DNA of 64,000 bases from Fimbriosthenelais zetlandica (GCA_977030845.1 OZ365110.1:27776001-27840000), one strand, 5' to 3'. Shown: positions 11,701 to 25,638, counted from the stretch's first letter. Made by a program: numbers and translations. The notes: a model not told the origin generated them from the sequence alone.

Positions 11701-14700
11701 ATTAAATTAAATTTCAGTCACACACAATTTTCGACAATGTTATAAACAATTAACCATGCCTATACAATCTCTTTTTCCCTTTTCTAGGCCTATTCTAACT
11801 CCACTCATTCATTTGACATTGCTCTAATATGATCTATTTAATTCAAGATAGTCTTTTTCCTACATATCGTATGGTTTACGAAAAAACAAAATCTAAAGTC
11901 TCCGTTGTATATGAACAATTTAAATCTTCAGTTGCATTTTATTTTTTAAAGAGGAGGCACTGTAATCATTGTTTTTTTAACTCACTTTCCATGGTCAATA
12001 TCCACACATTGATTCCCTATATAATTGTCATATTCACTTAACCCACAGCAAATCTATTGCCTTTGCGTTTGATGACAATTATGTTACGAGACATTGTTAT
12101 ACCTACCAATGTCAGGGCCTGCATTTACAAATAAGTTACTGATATTTGTTCCAGTTACAAGGGTATTTACTTGGCCTAACGGGTGACAGAAAAGATTATA
12201 ATTAATTGTTTTGCATAAGTACTTTTGATAATTAGCAGATGGAAATATAGGAATGAGTTGATTTGGTTGGTTTAATGAAATTCAGAAATGTTTCTTTTTT
12301 ACCTATCATATTTAGGTTAGAATATACAGCCTATACTCATTGAGGTTTAATGATGTGGTCTTATCTCCTTCTCTCTTTCCCCACCCTCTCCCCCTCCCCC
12401 TCCCCCCTTCCCCTTCCTCCCCCTTTCCCCTCTCTACCTGCACCATCCCTATGTGTTTCACAACTTCTCAGTATGATCTCTGCTTCTTACTTCACATATT
12501 CTGTACTACTCTCTCGCCTCTGATGACTATATTGTATGTGCCTTCAACTACTTAACCCTCAGTCTCACAACCTTTTCTATATATGAATTTAGTTCTGATA
12601 TTCATGATCATTATCATACATTATAAAATGCCATTCATGTTCATAACTCAGCAGTCATCATTGTACCATTGGAATTGTATTGGCCAGAATTTGATTGCTA
12701 ACAAATCCCTGGTACATTGCCCATGTCAGCAATGATTAAAATTAGTTGTCAAAATGTTTCTAAATAAATGTGAAGCGTTTTCACGAAATGAGTATAAAGT
12801 TTTCCAGGCCCTTTCAGCGCTACATGCCTGAAAGCATTTATTTCTCTTTGCATTTTTGCATTAAAAGCAAGTATACAATTTCTGAGTTAAATTGAGAAAG
12901 TTTCAACTTTGTGAGTTTTCTCTTGTTTCCTAGTGATTTTTCTTCTAGTTTCTGCTTTCACTACTTGAAATTTCATTGAAATTATATAAATATTTTTCAC
13001 ATCTCTAAGTGTTATTTTGTCATTATATATATCATTATAACACTTGTAATCTCTATAAGAATCTAACATCTAACTCAAAATCCATTTTTGTAACTTTAGA
13101 TTCATTAATGAAAACATGTCACAAATGTCTGCTCACACAAAACCCTACAGGTATGCACATGAGCGATACCGCCAGGTTCGCGTAGCTGTGCATACCACCA
13201 ATTCCCCAAAACACCACTTCTTTTCACATTTTATTATAATTTGTCTCCATAGACACACACACGAAATAGCCTATGTCAATGGCGTCAGTTTGAAGTTCCA
13301 CTGGTTAAGGATCTTGTTTTGTAGATTAAATAAGGTATATTGGCAGGTCTACATTGGTAAATTTTCACATGTGTCACAAGTACACAACAAACTTTAGGCC
13401 TACTATTGTAATATTTTGTCTGGTGGTAATTCATGTTTGGAAATGGTCATTGCTTGTAGAATATGGAATCCACCATCATTATACAGCATTATGTACCATG
13501 GGACTTCTTGGGTATGCCTAGTACTATGTTTCTATCAAACATTTGCCCCACTTGGATTTTTTTTCAAAAATAGACATGTAGAGATTCTAGTAGGCCTACT
13601 CAATAGACCTATATTATACAGGATTTGTATAAAACGATTTGAAAATGCTTTTTTCAATGGGCCAACAGAGTAGTTATGGTTTTCGGTTTCTTTATTTTGC
13701 ATAATCAGCTGTCAGTTTATTATTCAGATCTATACAGATAGATCGACAAGCTCCTGTAACTGGACTGCCACCCTATTACCCTTGGTTGCATGAAGTGGGA
13801 GATTCATTGTGTCCTATATTGTTGGGCCATTACTTTAAGTACCTCCACCTGTTGCAAAATAATTGGACATAGGCCTTAGATGAGAGTTTATAACTGTATA
13901 ATAAGAAGATCCCAGTATCTCTAGGTGCAGAATCCTTTGTGCATGGGTGTTAACCCCATCCCATGTCCTTCCCCATGTCTGACCAGTCACAATAAACACC
14001 AAGGTATCTATAGGTTCCACAGGCCTATTATGCTGGTCTGCGCACTCGTCTGCATAACGTTCTTTCATCTGTTAACAGACATGAAAGCTGAGAGGGCCAT
14101 GTTGACCAAGTATGCAGTACCTCAGCTGCAGGCCTTCTGTAGCCAGTATGGTCTGTACTTCCAGCTTGTGGATCTTCACTGGGGTGTGCTTGGGGGAGCT
14201 CATCAGCTCCAGTCAATAGGAAATCTGAGGCTACAAGAAATAAAGGCCTGTCACAATCAGTCCATTGGACCTGCATTCGTGGTAAGACTTAACACTTTGC
14301 ACAGAAAGGAATCTAAGCGGAACGAATTCCACTCTGGAAGTTGCAGTTAGTATACCATATATATGCACTTGCGCGTCATCAATATCATATAGCGCTGAAT
14401 TAATTTAATCTTATCTTACATTGCATGTATAGATGCTGCTTGGAGATAAATATGGAGCAGTCCGCCTAACCCCACACCTTTCAACAAAAGAATTCATCAT
14501 GCTGAAGGAACTGATGTCTCAAAAAGGACTTGATAAGGCTGCGTTGGCAGACCGGTATTACAAGTTGGATAAGAATTGTGTGCCTGCTCAGTATGTCCTT
14601 GATGTAAGAAATATCCCCTAAGAATTCTATTGATTATCACAATTGCTGTTCAATTTTATTATGGTATAGCATTCACGAGGGTCTGATATATTGGTTGTGG

Positions 14701-17700
14701 GGTAATAGGATCTTTTGACATAACTTTATATTATCCAGTGTGGGGAGGACGTAGCAGACCTTGAGGCCCTACACGGTAGCCTGAAGAACGCTCTCGACAT
14801 TGCTTTGGAAGAGAACAAGATTAGCAAACAGCGATATGACGAGCTGACAATGTCAGGTAAATACGTCTGAAGGTTCAGTTGCATACAAACATATAATACA
14901 CCAGTATAAATACACGATATTAGAAATAACTTTTCTTATTTCCTTCAATAGTACTGGAGGAGGAGATAGAGAATGGTGTCTTTCCATTGAAAGATCCACG
15001 TCACCAGTGCCTCTTCTATCGCCGAGAGTGGCAGGAAGTGGATGTATCGCACAGTGAAGCTCCCAATATGGTAGACACCCTCATGAAAGTTGATGGAATC
15101 CAGAAAAGAGACAAGTGCAAACAGACAAAAATGAGTTTACTCTGTGAAAGAATCAATCAGCACCTCGGCCCCAGCCATTGTAGGCCGTATTACTTGAAGT
15201 GGGGTGAAGCCGCAGGGCGAACCTGGGCTCCTACACCTGAGTACCAAACGTACCTTGATACTTTGTGCTCTGATTTCATTGCCGATTGTAAGCACTTAGT
15301 TCTGCAGGGTTTAGAAAGGAGAGAACATGAACATGCCGGGCAAGTGCCAATTTATCCCGAGGTACTCTTTCAAAGTCATCTGTGGCAGAGTTTATGCGCT
15401 TCTTTCCACGGTCAAGATGACCTGATCTTTAAGGTAGAAAATTTCCTGCAGGATCCAAGGCGCAACATGAAGCCTTGTGTTATATATGGCCCAGCCGGGT
15501 CAGGTAAGACTTCCACTATGGCACATCTGGCCAAAAGGATTGAGAACGGTGAACATGCCAGTGTTGTAGTTCTTCGTTTCCTTGGTAAGTCTGAACAAAG
15601 TTCAAGTATCTACAATGTCGTCGTTAGTATTACTATGCAAATTTGCATGGCGTATGGGTTCAAGGTGCCCAACGTTGATAAAGAGATGAACACACTTTAT
15701 CGAGCATTGCAGGTCTTCAGGGATACTATAGATGCTGTTTCCTGGGAACAAGCCAGTAGTAGACCTCTCTACGTAATCTTAGATGGAATTGATCAGTTGC
15801 AACCAATAGAAGAATCACTCAGAGCACTGTGGGCAATCACCAACCTGCCTCAATATGTCTACTTGATAATTTCCACACAAGAAAAGGTTGGCCCTCACAA
15901 TCTTCTGACTGCTCTCCTGACCCATGTCAGTGGTAAAGATGGCTGCTATCCATTGGCTCCTTTAAGCAGAGAAAATGCCAAACAGGTTCTTCGCTCATCA
16001 TTGCAGCAAAACGAGCGTTCTGTAACAAGTGAACAGGAAGACAAGATTCTTAAGGCGTTTCAAGCTAACCCAGACCCACTATTCCTTAGGGGTCTCACAG
16101 ACTATGCCCTAAAATTGACATCCTATACTCACTTTGAGATCATCGAAGGGGCTGATGTGAAAAATTTGTTCCTTGTTTATCTGGAACGATTAGCAGCAAT
16201 TCATGGAGCACAAACGATCAGAAAAGTTGTCGGGTATCTCACAATATCAGGCATGGGCATACATGAGAAAGAATTGATAGATTTGCTCACTTGTGATGCT
16301 GAAGTCATGAAAGAGATTCACGAGATCTATGTCATCAACCCTGATAAAGTGGCCACTTTCCCACCCTTGGCCTGGGCCCGGATCAGAGACGATCTGAGGG
16401 ACTTGATAGAAGAACACAATGTCCGAGGAAAAATTGTCGTCGGCTGGAAACACACAACTTATGTGATGTGTATAGGTCAAGAGTTTGGGCTGATATACCC
16501 TGGGATAGACAAAGACCTCATCACAAGTGATGGGACCAGCCTCACCCTTAGCTTGCATGAGTGTATCACCAATATGTACCTTCAAGAGAATCAGGAGTGT
16601 CATTCTAATATAGTTTCAGAATGGGGCTTGCCCAATGTAGAAGGAGTGGACCTTCTTTCCCCTCATCCTGTTAATTCTGGTCATGTACTCAAACTGCAAA
16701 ATCTCCCAACCCATTTCTCTGTGCTCCTTCCACTTGAAGGCATTGCTCGGTTAACCAAAGTTATGTTTGGTTCCCTTGCTTGGTTGAGAACTAAACTCAA
16801 AGCGACGTCAGTGCAGTCCATACTCCAAGATCTTGTGCCTGTTCTAACCCTCTCCATACGCTTTAACAGTGAAGGAGTCATTGAAGATGATGCTTTAATT
16901 GAAGATCTTAAGGTTATATATGAATTCCTACAATTAGCCGAGGAGGCTTTGATCAAAGACCCAGATTCCATTATTAATGAAATCTTGGCCAGGCTTCCTG
17001 GCCTTTCAGCCAATCATGTCACTGTGCAGGATTTGGTGAATCAGGCAACATCTGCAGTTTCTGAAAGCACTAAACCATCGCTTGTGCCACTTTACCCATG
17101 TCTTCCAGCACCTTGCAACCCGCTGAGACATACATTTGAAGGTACTACTCACATAGTAAAGTTCCTTAAAAAGAAGAACCTGATTGTCATGCTATGTAAT
17201 GGATCGAGCATAGATGTATGGAAATTGTCGACGGGTGAATTGATTCACAGATGCGATATAAATCCAGAACAGAATGTTCAAGGAATCATCCCATTATCGA
17301 GTGAAGATTTCGTCATCATTGCTCACTATTCACATCTCAAGCACATTATGCAGTTCAAGGTTTGGGGAATAGACACAGGTATAACTCTAATGTCATCAAC
17401 ATTCGATCAACGATTTGAGACCTTGGCTCTTGATCCTGAGGACAAAACCATTATGGTCTCCGCAATGATGGAGGTGAACAGAGCCAACGACATCTGGCAG
17501 AGGTTTCTCCTTGCAGTTGACGTTATATCACGGAAAGTCACATCACGGATTGTGGTAGAAGATCTCCACACAGAGGGGATATCCAACATAATCTTTGCCA
17601 GGAACGTGAATCCAGCTGGAAATGGTTTGCTAACAGTTGGGGCTAAGTTCTCAAATGATCTGGGATTCTGGGACCTTGACGCAGGGCAGTTAGTCTTCAG

Positions 17701-20247
17701 CCTTCTCCTTCATTGTCATCCTGAGTCAGTAGAACTAGTTTCAGAGGAGGCTTTAGCTTTCTGTATCAGCAGCCACTCAGGGAAGGTGGTCATTGTCAAT
17801 TTAAAGGAGGGGGAAATTGTGCGAAGCTTTGAAAATTCCAAGTATGTAGATCACAGCAGCTACTGGATTAGTCCAGGTGGCCACTACATCCTTTTGGCCA
17901 CGAGATGTCATGGAGTGGATGTAATCAATGTTGCTTCGGGAAAGATAACCAAGTCCATTGGTGAGAAGATTGAGCTCAACATGCGACCATCAAATGGGAA
18001 GCCACCAACTACAATTCCCATCCCAACACAAATAGCAGTGGATGAAGAAGGCCACTGTCTTTTTGTGGGTTGTCTCAATGGTTCCATCAAGATCTATTGC
18101 ATAGCTACAGGGGAGCATGTGGACACCTTACATGGTCACAGCAAGGCAGTGAACAGTCTCTCTTTTGATCAGGAAGGTATGTTGTACTCTGCAGCTGATG
18201 ACCAGATGGGAAGAGTCTGGTTTGTAAAGGACATAATGAGAAAATATAACAAGCTGTACACTGAGGTAGGCGGAGATGTTTCTCAGTGGGATGGGTCTCG
18301 CCAGTTTGAGGAGATTTTTGACATCAACGTTAGCATCATGGAGAGGGAAATGGAGAAATTCCCCACTGAGCAGTTGAAGATCACATCAATGGCCATGACA
18401 GCTGATCAAAAGTTTATAGTGACATCATCCCCAAAAAGTCCTGTCAGACTGTGGTCTACAGAAGATGGTGAGTTATTTGTAAATGTATTTCATTTGAGAA
18501 ATTCAGAATGTCTACATATAAAGGAATTGCTTAATTCTAGATAGCGGGTATATCTAAATTCTAATATTCTACTTCATGTTGTTGCATACCATCAGGTCAG
18601 CTGATTCGTTCTTATAAAGATGGTTCCCGCCATGGGGCATACCACGTCTACTTAGCTTACAAAGACCAGTTTGTGGTGGCCCACTGTAACAACCCAGTAG
18701 CTACTAGAACTAAAATCCTGCAGGTAACTCTTTCACTTTTTGCATATTAATAATTTTCACAAGATTGATTATGATTTTTTCTCAATCACAGGCTGGTTTG
18801 CTAGACTTAGTTGCAGGACATATTGTGCTATAATCCTAGACCTGTAGCAGTCATATAAATAAGGTCAAAAATTAAAATGTTGGTGTTCCAGGTTTGGCGG
18901 AAGGATACTGGAAATCTCATGAAGCTGATGGATAGAGACATCTTGGTTTACACTAGTTGCGTGACTCCTGACGGTTCTAGGATATTTGTGGTTGCACCAT
19001 CAGAAAAGAAAGCCTCAGGTATCAATATCCGAAATTAGTATTATTTTGAAAAAAATAACACAATATCTTCTGATTGTTATAATTTTCATCGCTGTATTAA
19101 AACTACATGTAATTGATTACCTTCTTTTTTGCAGGAATTGTGCTGGGATTGTATGACTTATTTGACTTGAAACAAACAGCCACCCTCGCCTGCAACATCT
19201 ACGGTGCTATGGATAGCACCAATTTGTTCCTAGTTGGCTGCATCAACCGGACGACAAATAGTGTCCCAACAGCACTATCCATAATAGAATCTGAACCTAT
19301 AAGCAGTAAACCAGAAGAGGATGATAGTGAAGAAACTGAACCCAAAGCTGATGATCATGAAAGTGTCAATGAGGAGGTTGAGAAAATACAAACCTATGCC
19401 GTTTTGGACTACTGTCCAGATGATGGTGTCTCCTATTTTTTCAACTTCACTATTGAAGAGGATAAAATCAGTATGGACCGACATGTTCCATTACACATGG
19501 ACACACATTCGCCAGGGTGCACTGTACTGCTTGATGATGGTTTTGGTATCAGTGGAGCTGTTGATGGGTCGCTTGTGGTATGGGATATGGTGAAGCAGGA
19601 GATTCTGGCAACGTTGGTAGATCCAGCACTGCTGAAGGCAGTCAAAGCTGGCAACCTTAAGTATGCCAGCAGCACTGGGCAACCTGGCCATGACGGCATG
19701 GTCACCTGTCTTACGCTTTGTCCTAACAAGCAATTCCTGGTTTCAGGTGGCATTGACCTCAAAGTGAGAGTTTGGGATGTGGGCAAAAGACAGTTAATGT
19801 CCGTTCTTTCTGGCCATTCTGATACTGTGAGTACCACTGCATTTTCCACTACAAGTCCCAATTAATGATTATGTTGTAGTAAATCTGATTATAGGATCCT
19901 CATTTACATATCGGTGGCTAATTCATAGAAATTATTTTAAATATTGCCTTTAATTAGGCCTCCGTATATATATAAAACACACTTTACTATCCTTGCCAAA
20001 CTTAGTATGAGATTATTATTTGCAGATCCTGACGGTTGATGTTTCCCAAGATGGCAGAACGGTAATTTCTGGCTCAGCAGATGAGAACATACTTATCTGG
20101 AATGTCAGCAGTCAGAGCAAAAAGGCCACCTTCTTTGCTCATAAGATTGTCTCTAAACTAGCAGTTGCTAGTCGGATATCGCATATCTTTGCATTATGTG
20201 GCAAAAGTCCATCAAATATGATAGCATTAAAAATGGGTAATGTGTAG
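8753..20247 (+). CDS. NACHT-domain and WD40-repeat STAND NTPase (NWD1/NWD2-like) with a DUF4062-like N-terminal domain
   Basis: Coding exons 8753-8755, 9817-9902, 10374-10495, 14079-14281, 14433-14603, 14739-14856, 14952-18467, 18596-18723, 18892-19018, 19135-19826, 20026-20247; phases are consistent. Motifs: DNLPPQSPSTVRLYLCSNYEDMKAER...FQLVDLHWGV, Walker A GPAGSGKT, Walker B LYVILDGIDQL, and WD repeats (GHSKAVNSLSFD, GHDGMVTCLTLCPNKQFLVSGGIDLKVRVWD, GHSDTILTVDVSQDGRTVISGSADENILIWN). The N-terminal three exons are less certain than the rest. Confidence 0.9.
9599..9622 (+). repeat. Poly-T tract (24 nt), intronic
   Basis: Read directly from the sequence. Confidence 0.9.
12364..12435 (+). repeat. 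C/T-rich polypyrimidine low-complexity tract, intronic
   Basis: Runs of CCCC(C)T. The complementary strand is G-run rich. Confidence 0.85.
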
Positions 20248-20831
20248 AGGGCGGCATTTCCACGAATGATAATCATGATTATAGACACAATCAAGGCTCC
20301 ATTGTTGTATTGTTAAATTGTTACCTTATTTAGAATTTTAGAAATAATTATTATGTGCGCCGTAACATACAAAACAGCTAACCGTAACGTACAAAACAGC
20401 TTTAATTATATTTATTTTACTATACATGAAGTGATCGATGTGCCTTCAATTTTACCCTGTTTTACGACAGAAAAATAAAGAGCTATGATGTGATATTGAT
20501 TAAAGACACTACACTGACGTTTTCTATTATGCATTTTATTTTTTAAAATCTTATTTTGGACAAAAATTGCATGGCCAATATCATATGGTACTTGTTCATA
20601 ATTCCTTACATACGGAGAAACATCAGTCGGAAGGAAAAAGACTACGATTGTAGATTGAGATAGCGTTGGCTAGATTATAAACAACCCATGTTTTGTATGA
20701 TTAAATTGTTTTGAAATCTTTTTGGAAGTCTCTGATGGCCCTGTAGAAAAAGGACAATGTTTAAGGGAACATTTCTCAAAATCAGGATGAATGTAGACCT
20801 CAATTAGGCCTGTGTAATTAGCTAAGATTTA

Positions 20832-21834
20832 TCAACGTAAGTGACCAGCCTTAAATTCTCTGACCATTTTGGCAAGAACAGTCATGGAATCATAGAGCCC
20901 TTCTCCCGTATTAGCACAAGTTGCGTGTATATGCCATTTGTGTTTGAGATCTTGCAATGACAGTTTTTCTATGAGCTGAGATGGATTTAAGGCTAGAGGA
21001 AGATCTTGCTTGTTCCCCAGTACAAGTAGAGGGACTCCCTGCATTTCCTCCTGTCCCAACACTGCATGAAGCTCATCTCGAGCTTCCTCCATTCGACTGA
21101 TATCATTGGAATCCACCACGTATACCAATGCTAAATGTAAGATCAATACAATGTCATATAAAGATACAATAGTAGGCCTAGTTGGACTTGGTTTGGTATG
21201 AAACTGTTGGTCTAGCTGATGGCTTGTTTCACGACTATCTAAATAATCTGAAAACTTTTGCATGGGTCTGGTATAGGTATAAATGGTGAAAAAGTGTATA
21301 TGACATACAACTATTATAGAAGTTCACTTTTACCATAGAACTGTAGTCTCCTAGAGTTCTATGCTTTTACCTACCGTCTGTATCCTTGAAGTAAAATTTC
21401 CATAACTGTCTGATTTTATCCTGGCCACCAATGTCCCATACTGTGAAAGAGATGCCTTTAACAGGTTCAACTGTCTCTACATTAAAGCCTATTGTTGGGA
21501 TGGCAATTAAGCGTTCATTCAGCTTGATCTTGTATAGGACAGTTGTTTTTCCTTAAAAAAAGATACTTTGTACTACAGATGTGCACTACAGATACAGTAT
21601 ATAGTTACATCTAGGCTAATCAGAACTAATAATGTATAATATGAAATTTTATTCATATAACAATTTGCAACTTCTTAGGTGGAATCTCTTTCTTGTATTG
21701 ATTATATTTTCAAAATGTAAATTTGTACATATACCTGCTGCATCCAAGCCAAGCATTAGGATTCGCGCACTATCTCCCTTAGACGAAACGAAAGACTTGT
21801 AAACCGTGCCCATCTTTGAAGCTAAGGAACCCAT
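20832..21834 (-). CDS. ADP-ribosylation factor family small GTPase (divergent ARF), 3 coding exons, about 191 aa
   Basis: Exons 21834-21735, 21551-21375, 21130-20832. Motifs: MG N-terminus, [49 protein letters not shown]. Confidence 0.95.
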
Positions 21835-22602
21835 GTCCTTGTATGCATAGGCCTATAATTATGTGTATTCCCAGGGCTACGCAAATTTAGGCCAATTTTA
21901 TCTAACTATGCCTACTTCTCGGTTGTCATCACAAGCGAATATTATAGGGTATATATCCCGGTTAGGCCTATCATCGCTTTGTTATTCATAGGCCTAGGCC
22001 TATATATAGCCTGTGAAATACGGTAGCCTACAGAAATTCCTCAATATAGGCCTACATGAATATGATATCCATCGACGGCCTACAAAATAATATATACCGG
22101 TATGGGCCTATATATTAGGATAGGCTTATGTATAAAGGACTATTGATAGGCTATGCTGGTGTAACTAAATATGTTTTTAAAATAGGCTACCTCGGTTTAA
22201 AATGTCCGTCTTTGAATCCATGTGTTATTAATGCGGATCTTAACTCCGGGCAGAGGCTTATGCCTATAGAACTCTATTCCGGTACCGTAGTCTGGTGCTA
22301 CATTTATACTAGTTTGTGCCATTGAAGCAGTGAACATTAATTTTAGCCTAGTGCTACCAATTTTGTCGACCATATTGGCGAGCGGCCCAGTGCTAACCGT
22401 AGGCTACTCAGATTTAATCTTCAGGCAGCATGACATTGAATGTCATGCATGTTAAAGTTACCGGTAGGCCTAGACATTGAGCTGACACATAAAAATTAGT
22501 TGACATTGAGCTAATAGGCCTACTGATTTCCACACTTAGGCCTAAAACAGCTGCACTTCACCAAAACTTAGCATGGTAGCCTATAGGCCTAGGTAAGATG
22601 TA

Positions 22603-23424
22603 GGGGAGACCGGGGCACCATGAACAGCGGGGCACCATGAACATCGGGATTTTGAGCACCTACCCCTATGCGTATAACCATGTGGCGCCACCATAGAGCA
22701 CTTTAGGAACCACAAATATCATATCTACGAGAAAAGTCCAATAGCATAGAGCAACCCCATTTTTTGGCCAAAAGTTCATTTTTTACCACCAGGAGTAAAT
22801 TTTCTTGAAGTAAATAATTTCTATTTTATTTGTAGAATACTTGGGCGTGGTTGGTGAAATTATTTGTAATAAATTGGTGACAATATCAGTTTGTAATGAT
22901 GGGTGATAATTAGGGATCGAATGAGCATGACATGAGCTGCAGCTGAAAGTGTCAGAGAAGGTCATCTGGGGCACCATGGACGGGGCACCATGGACTTTTT
23001 CTTCAATTTATTTTCTTCATTTTTCTTAAATGTGTCCATGCTGCCCCGGATTGTGTTCATGCTAGATCCTATCATAGGTAAACCAAATCCAAGTAATAGT
23101 ATGATGCAATGCACCAATATATAACAAACCACTAATTTGTTTTGGAGATAATATAATAATCATGGGGCCCAGGCCTACATGTTCATGGTGGCCCGCTAAC
23201 GGTTCATGGTGCCCCAGAGCTGGGGCACCATGAACATCCCGGGGCACCATAAACATTAGCCATTTTTACAGTAACTTTTATAGATATAGCAATCAGAATT
23301 TTACAGGACTTACATAATACCCAGACCTATCATCATGCAAAATTAGAACAGAATAGCCTATGTTCAATAGACTGACAGAAAATTGCAAATGAATTTTTTG
23401 TGACCGTGGTGCCCCGGTCTCCCC
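22603..23424. mobile_element. Non-autonomous TIR element (MITE), Tc1/mariner-pogo-like, 822 bp
   Basis: 18-bp TIRs GGGGAGACCGGGGCACCA / TGGTGCCCCGGTCTCCCC flanked by TA at 22601-22602 and 23425-23426; about 9 internal copies of GGGGCACCATG(A/G)AC in both orientations; no ORF. Confidence 0.85.
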
Positions 23425-23939
23425 TATCTTTATTAGGCTACAGGCCTAGTTCTATGCCTAGCCTAGGCCTACAACTCTTAAAACCTAAACTAGCACCTAT
23501 GCTACTAGGCCTAGCCTACCTGTAGGGGACTATGCCATATTATAGGGGCCTAGGCCTAAATCTACCTAGCCTACTACGAGACCTAGGCCTATGGAAGGAT
23601 TAGAGGCCTAGGCCAATAGGCCTCTGTGGTCTAGGCTTAGCCTAATACCCGGTACTAATAGCCTATGCATTTAAGCATATAGTGGTGTCCTTTTAGGCCT
23701 ACAAGTTACTGTCTAGGCCATTTGTCAGCCTAGGCCTAGGCTAGGTTATAGGCCTACGGTAGGCCTACGGTAGGCCTACTATCTTAGATAGGCCCTCATA
23801 GATATCATACCTAAAATAGGATATATCTATGGATAGGCCCTACGCACCGTTAGACCATAGATAATATAGGCCTAGTAGGCCTAGAACTATTATCTATGGT
23901 TAGACAGATCTAACAGTAGCCTAACAAGACCACGACTTT

Positions 23940-24034
23940 TGATGACGTCACTAATATCAGAGCACGTCTCTCATCAGCAGACGGAAGTTTGCCTGTAGAC
24001 ACTCTACCAAATCCTCCTTGGAGAAAAAACAAAG
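23940..24034 (+). promoter_or_regulatory. Putative promoter and non-coding first exon of the downstream coiled-coil gene
   Basis: Full CRE palindrome TGACGTCA at 23943-23950, ETS-like CGGAAGT near 23982, strong donor AAAG|GTGAGG at 24034/24035. Linkage to the acceptor at 25605 is inferred. Confidence 0.45.
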
Positions 24035-25638
24035 GTGAGGTTTCTAGATGCTAACCACCTGCATGCATACCAGTAACCATGATCTTAAATACAGATGTAA
24101 CACGTTACAGTTGCTGTTTCCATTTGACTTGTGCTGTAAATGTTTTTGGCCCAGGCCTGGCACTTCTGCCAGTCCTGGCATGATACGGTACGGTACGCCG
24201 TGGTAGCATCAAAGAGTGTAGGATATCCTACACTCTTTGGTAGCATTATGGTGGTAGTCAGTTTGTGCCTGACACTCGGTACGGGCATAGCCACGACTAA
24301 CAACCTATGTTGTGCAGAGTCAGGCACGAACTGGCTAGTCCTGGCATGGAAAGTAGGCCTAGGCCTAATCATAGATAATAGTAGTTCTACTAGATCTATT
24401 AGTATTATCTATGGCCTAATCTAGGCCTAGCCCTGGCCTAGGCTTAGTCTTAGACCAGCAGTGTTGGTCTAAGACTAAGGCCTAGCTAGGGGATGGGTTA
24501 AATTTGCTTTTGGGGTGAATGGGGTGTCTATGAATAGATATCAAAATTGAAATCTGAGAAAATAGAAAAAAATGGAATTAGATCTAAATAGAAAGACAAA
24601 AATATGGCTGCAACCCCACCTCTAGACAATATGATCGGCTCCTTCCCCCGGGGTGGGACACACACAGCCACAGGGATGGATATTTTATCTAGATCTACCC
24701 CACCCCCAACCCTGGGAAATAAATAAAATCAAATCAATGACAATGGGCCCTCCTATGGTATAGCCTAGGGCCTAACAGTAAGAGTAGGCCGACCGTAGGC
24801 TAGCCTACAAGTACAAAGGTTACAAGCCAAGTTCTAGGGCTCCACTCAGCTGGAACTGGGACAGTGGGATGGATACTACCGGTAGGCCTATCGGATAGGC
24901 CTACCGGTAGGCTACTCTATCTACTAAGTAGTACTATGAGTATAACTATGTCTATGTTCATTTTCATAGTGGTATGCCGTATGGTCATAGGGGCCTACTA
25001 TGAAATTTCAGGAATTAGAATTAATAATGATTTAGATCGCATCCAATGCTAGCCATTCATTCACTATTAATAGATAGACGCGGGAGTCCACAACCATGTG
25101 TCATTTGTATACCTTGCTTGTCACCAGGCAACTTGTAGGCCTACCAAATACAGACAGCTTCATGCCTTCAAACTCAGCATGATGAACTGCAACATCACTT
25201 GTTGGCATTAACTTAAACGAATATTCTAAGAACAAGTTAGCCAAGAAGCGAAGAAACGGTTAGTTAGGGCCTACGACATCCTCCATCTGAACGTGTGATC
25301 ATATTATATACTGCGACAAACAAGCATGTGTGGCCAGATAATACAGTGATAAATAAGAGTACTGTGCCAGGGACCACACTAATACCCAGGTACCTGGATT
25401 TGTTTTTGTGAATGGATAAACCTAGAAGATTTCATCAAAATAGTGACATTTCTTAAATTCTATAACCTTTTGAAATATAGAACCAATACCTCATGCTGCA
25501 CTAATATAATAACGAGGATAAATCAATATTCCTGGCAACAAAATGAACCCAAGTTTTTGTTAAAACTACCTTTAGCCTAAGTTTTTGGATGCATTTTCCC
25601 ACAGGAGTGTTCATCAGGGTGAATAGGAGTGAGGAAGA

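Noticed and set aside
16247-19861. Minus-strand ORFs of 60-142 aa inside the NWD exons
   Set aside because: Antisense shadows of a long coding sequence, with no motifs or splice support.
24085-24424. Two opposite-strand ORFs sharing the peptide KSVGYPTLF
   Set aside because: Artefact of the perfect 30-bp palindrome at 24210-24239.
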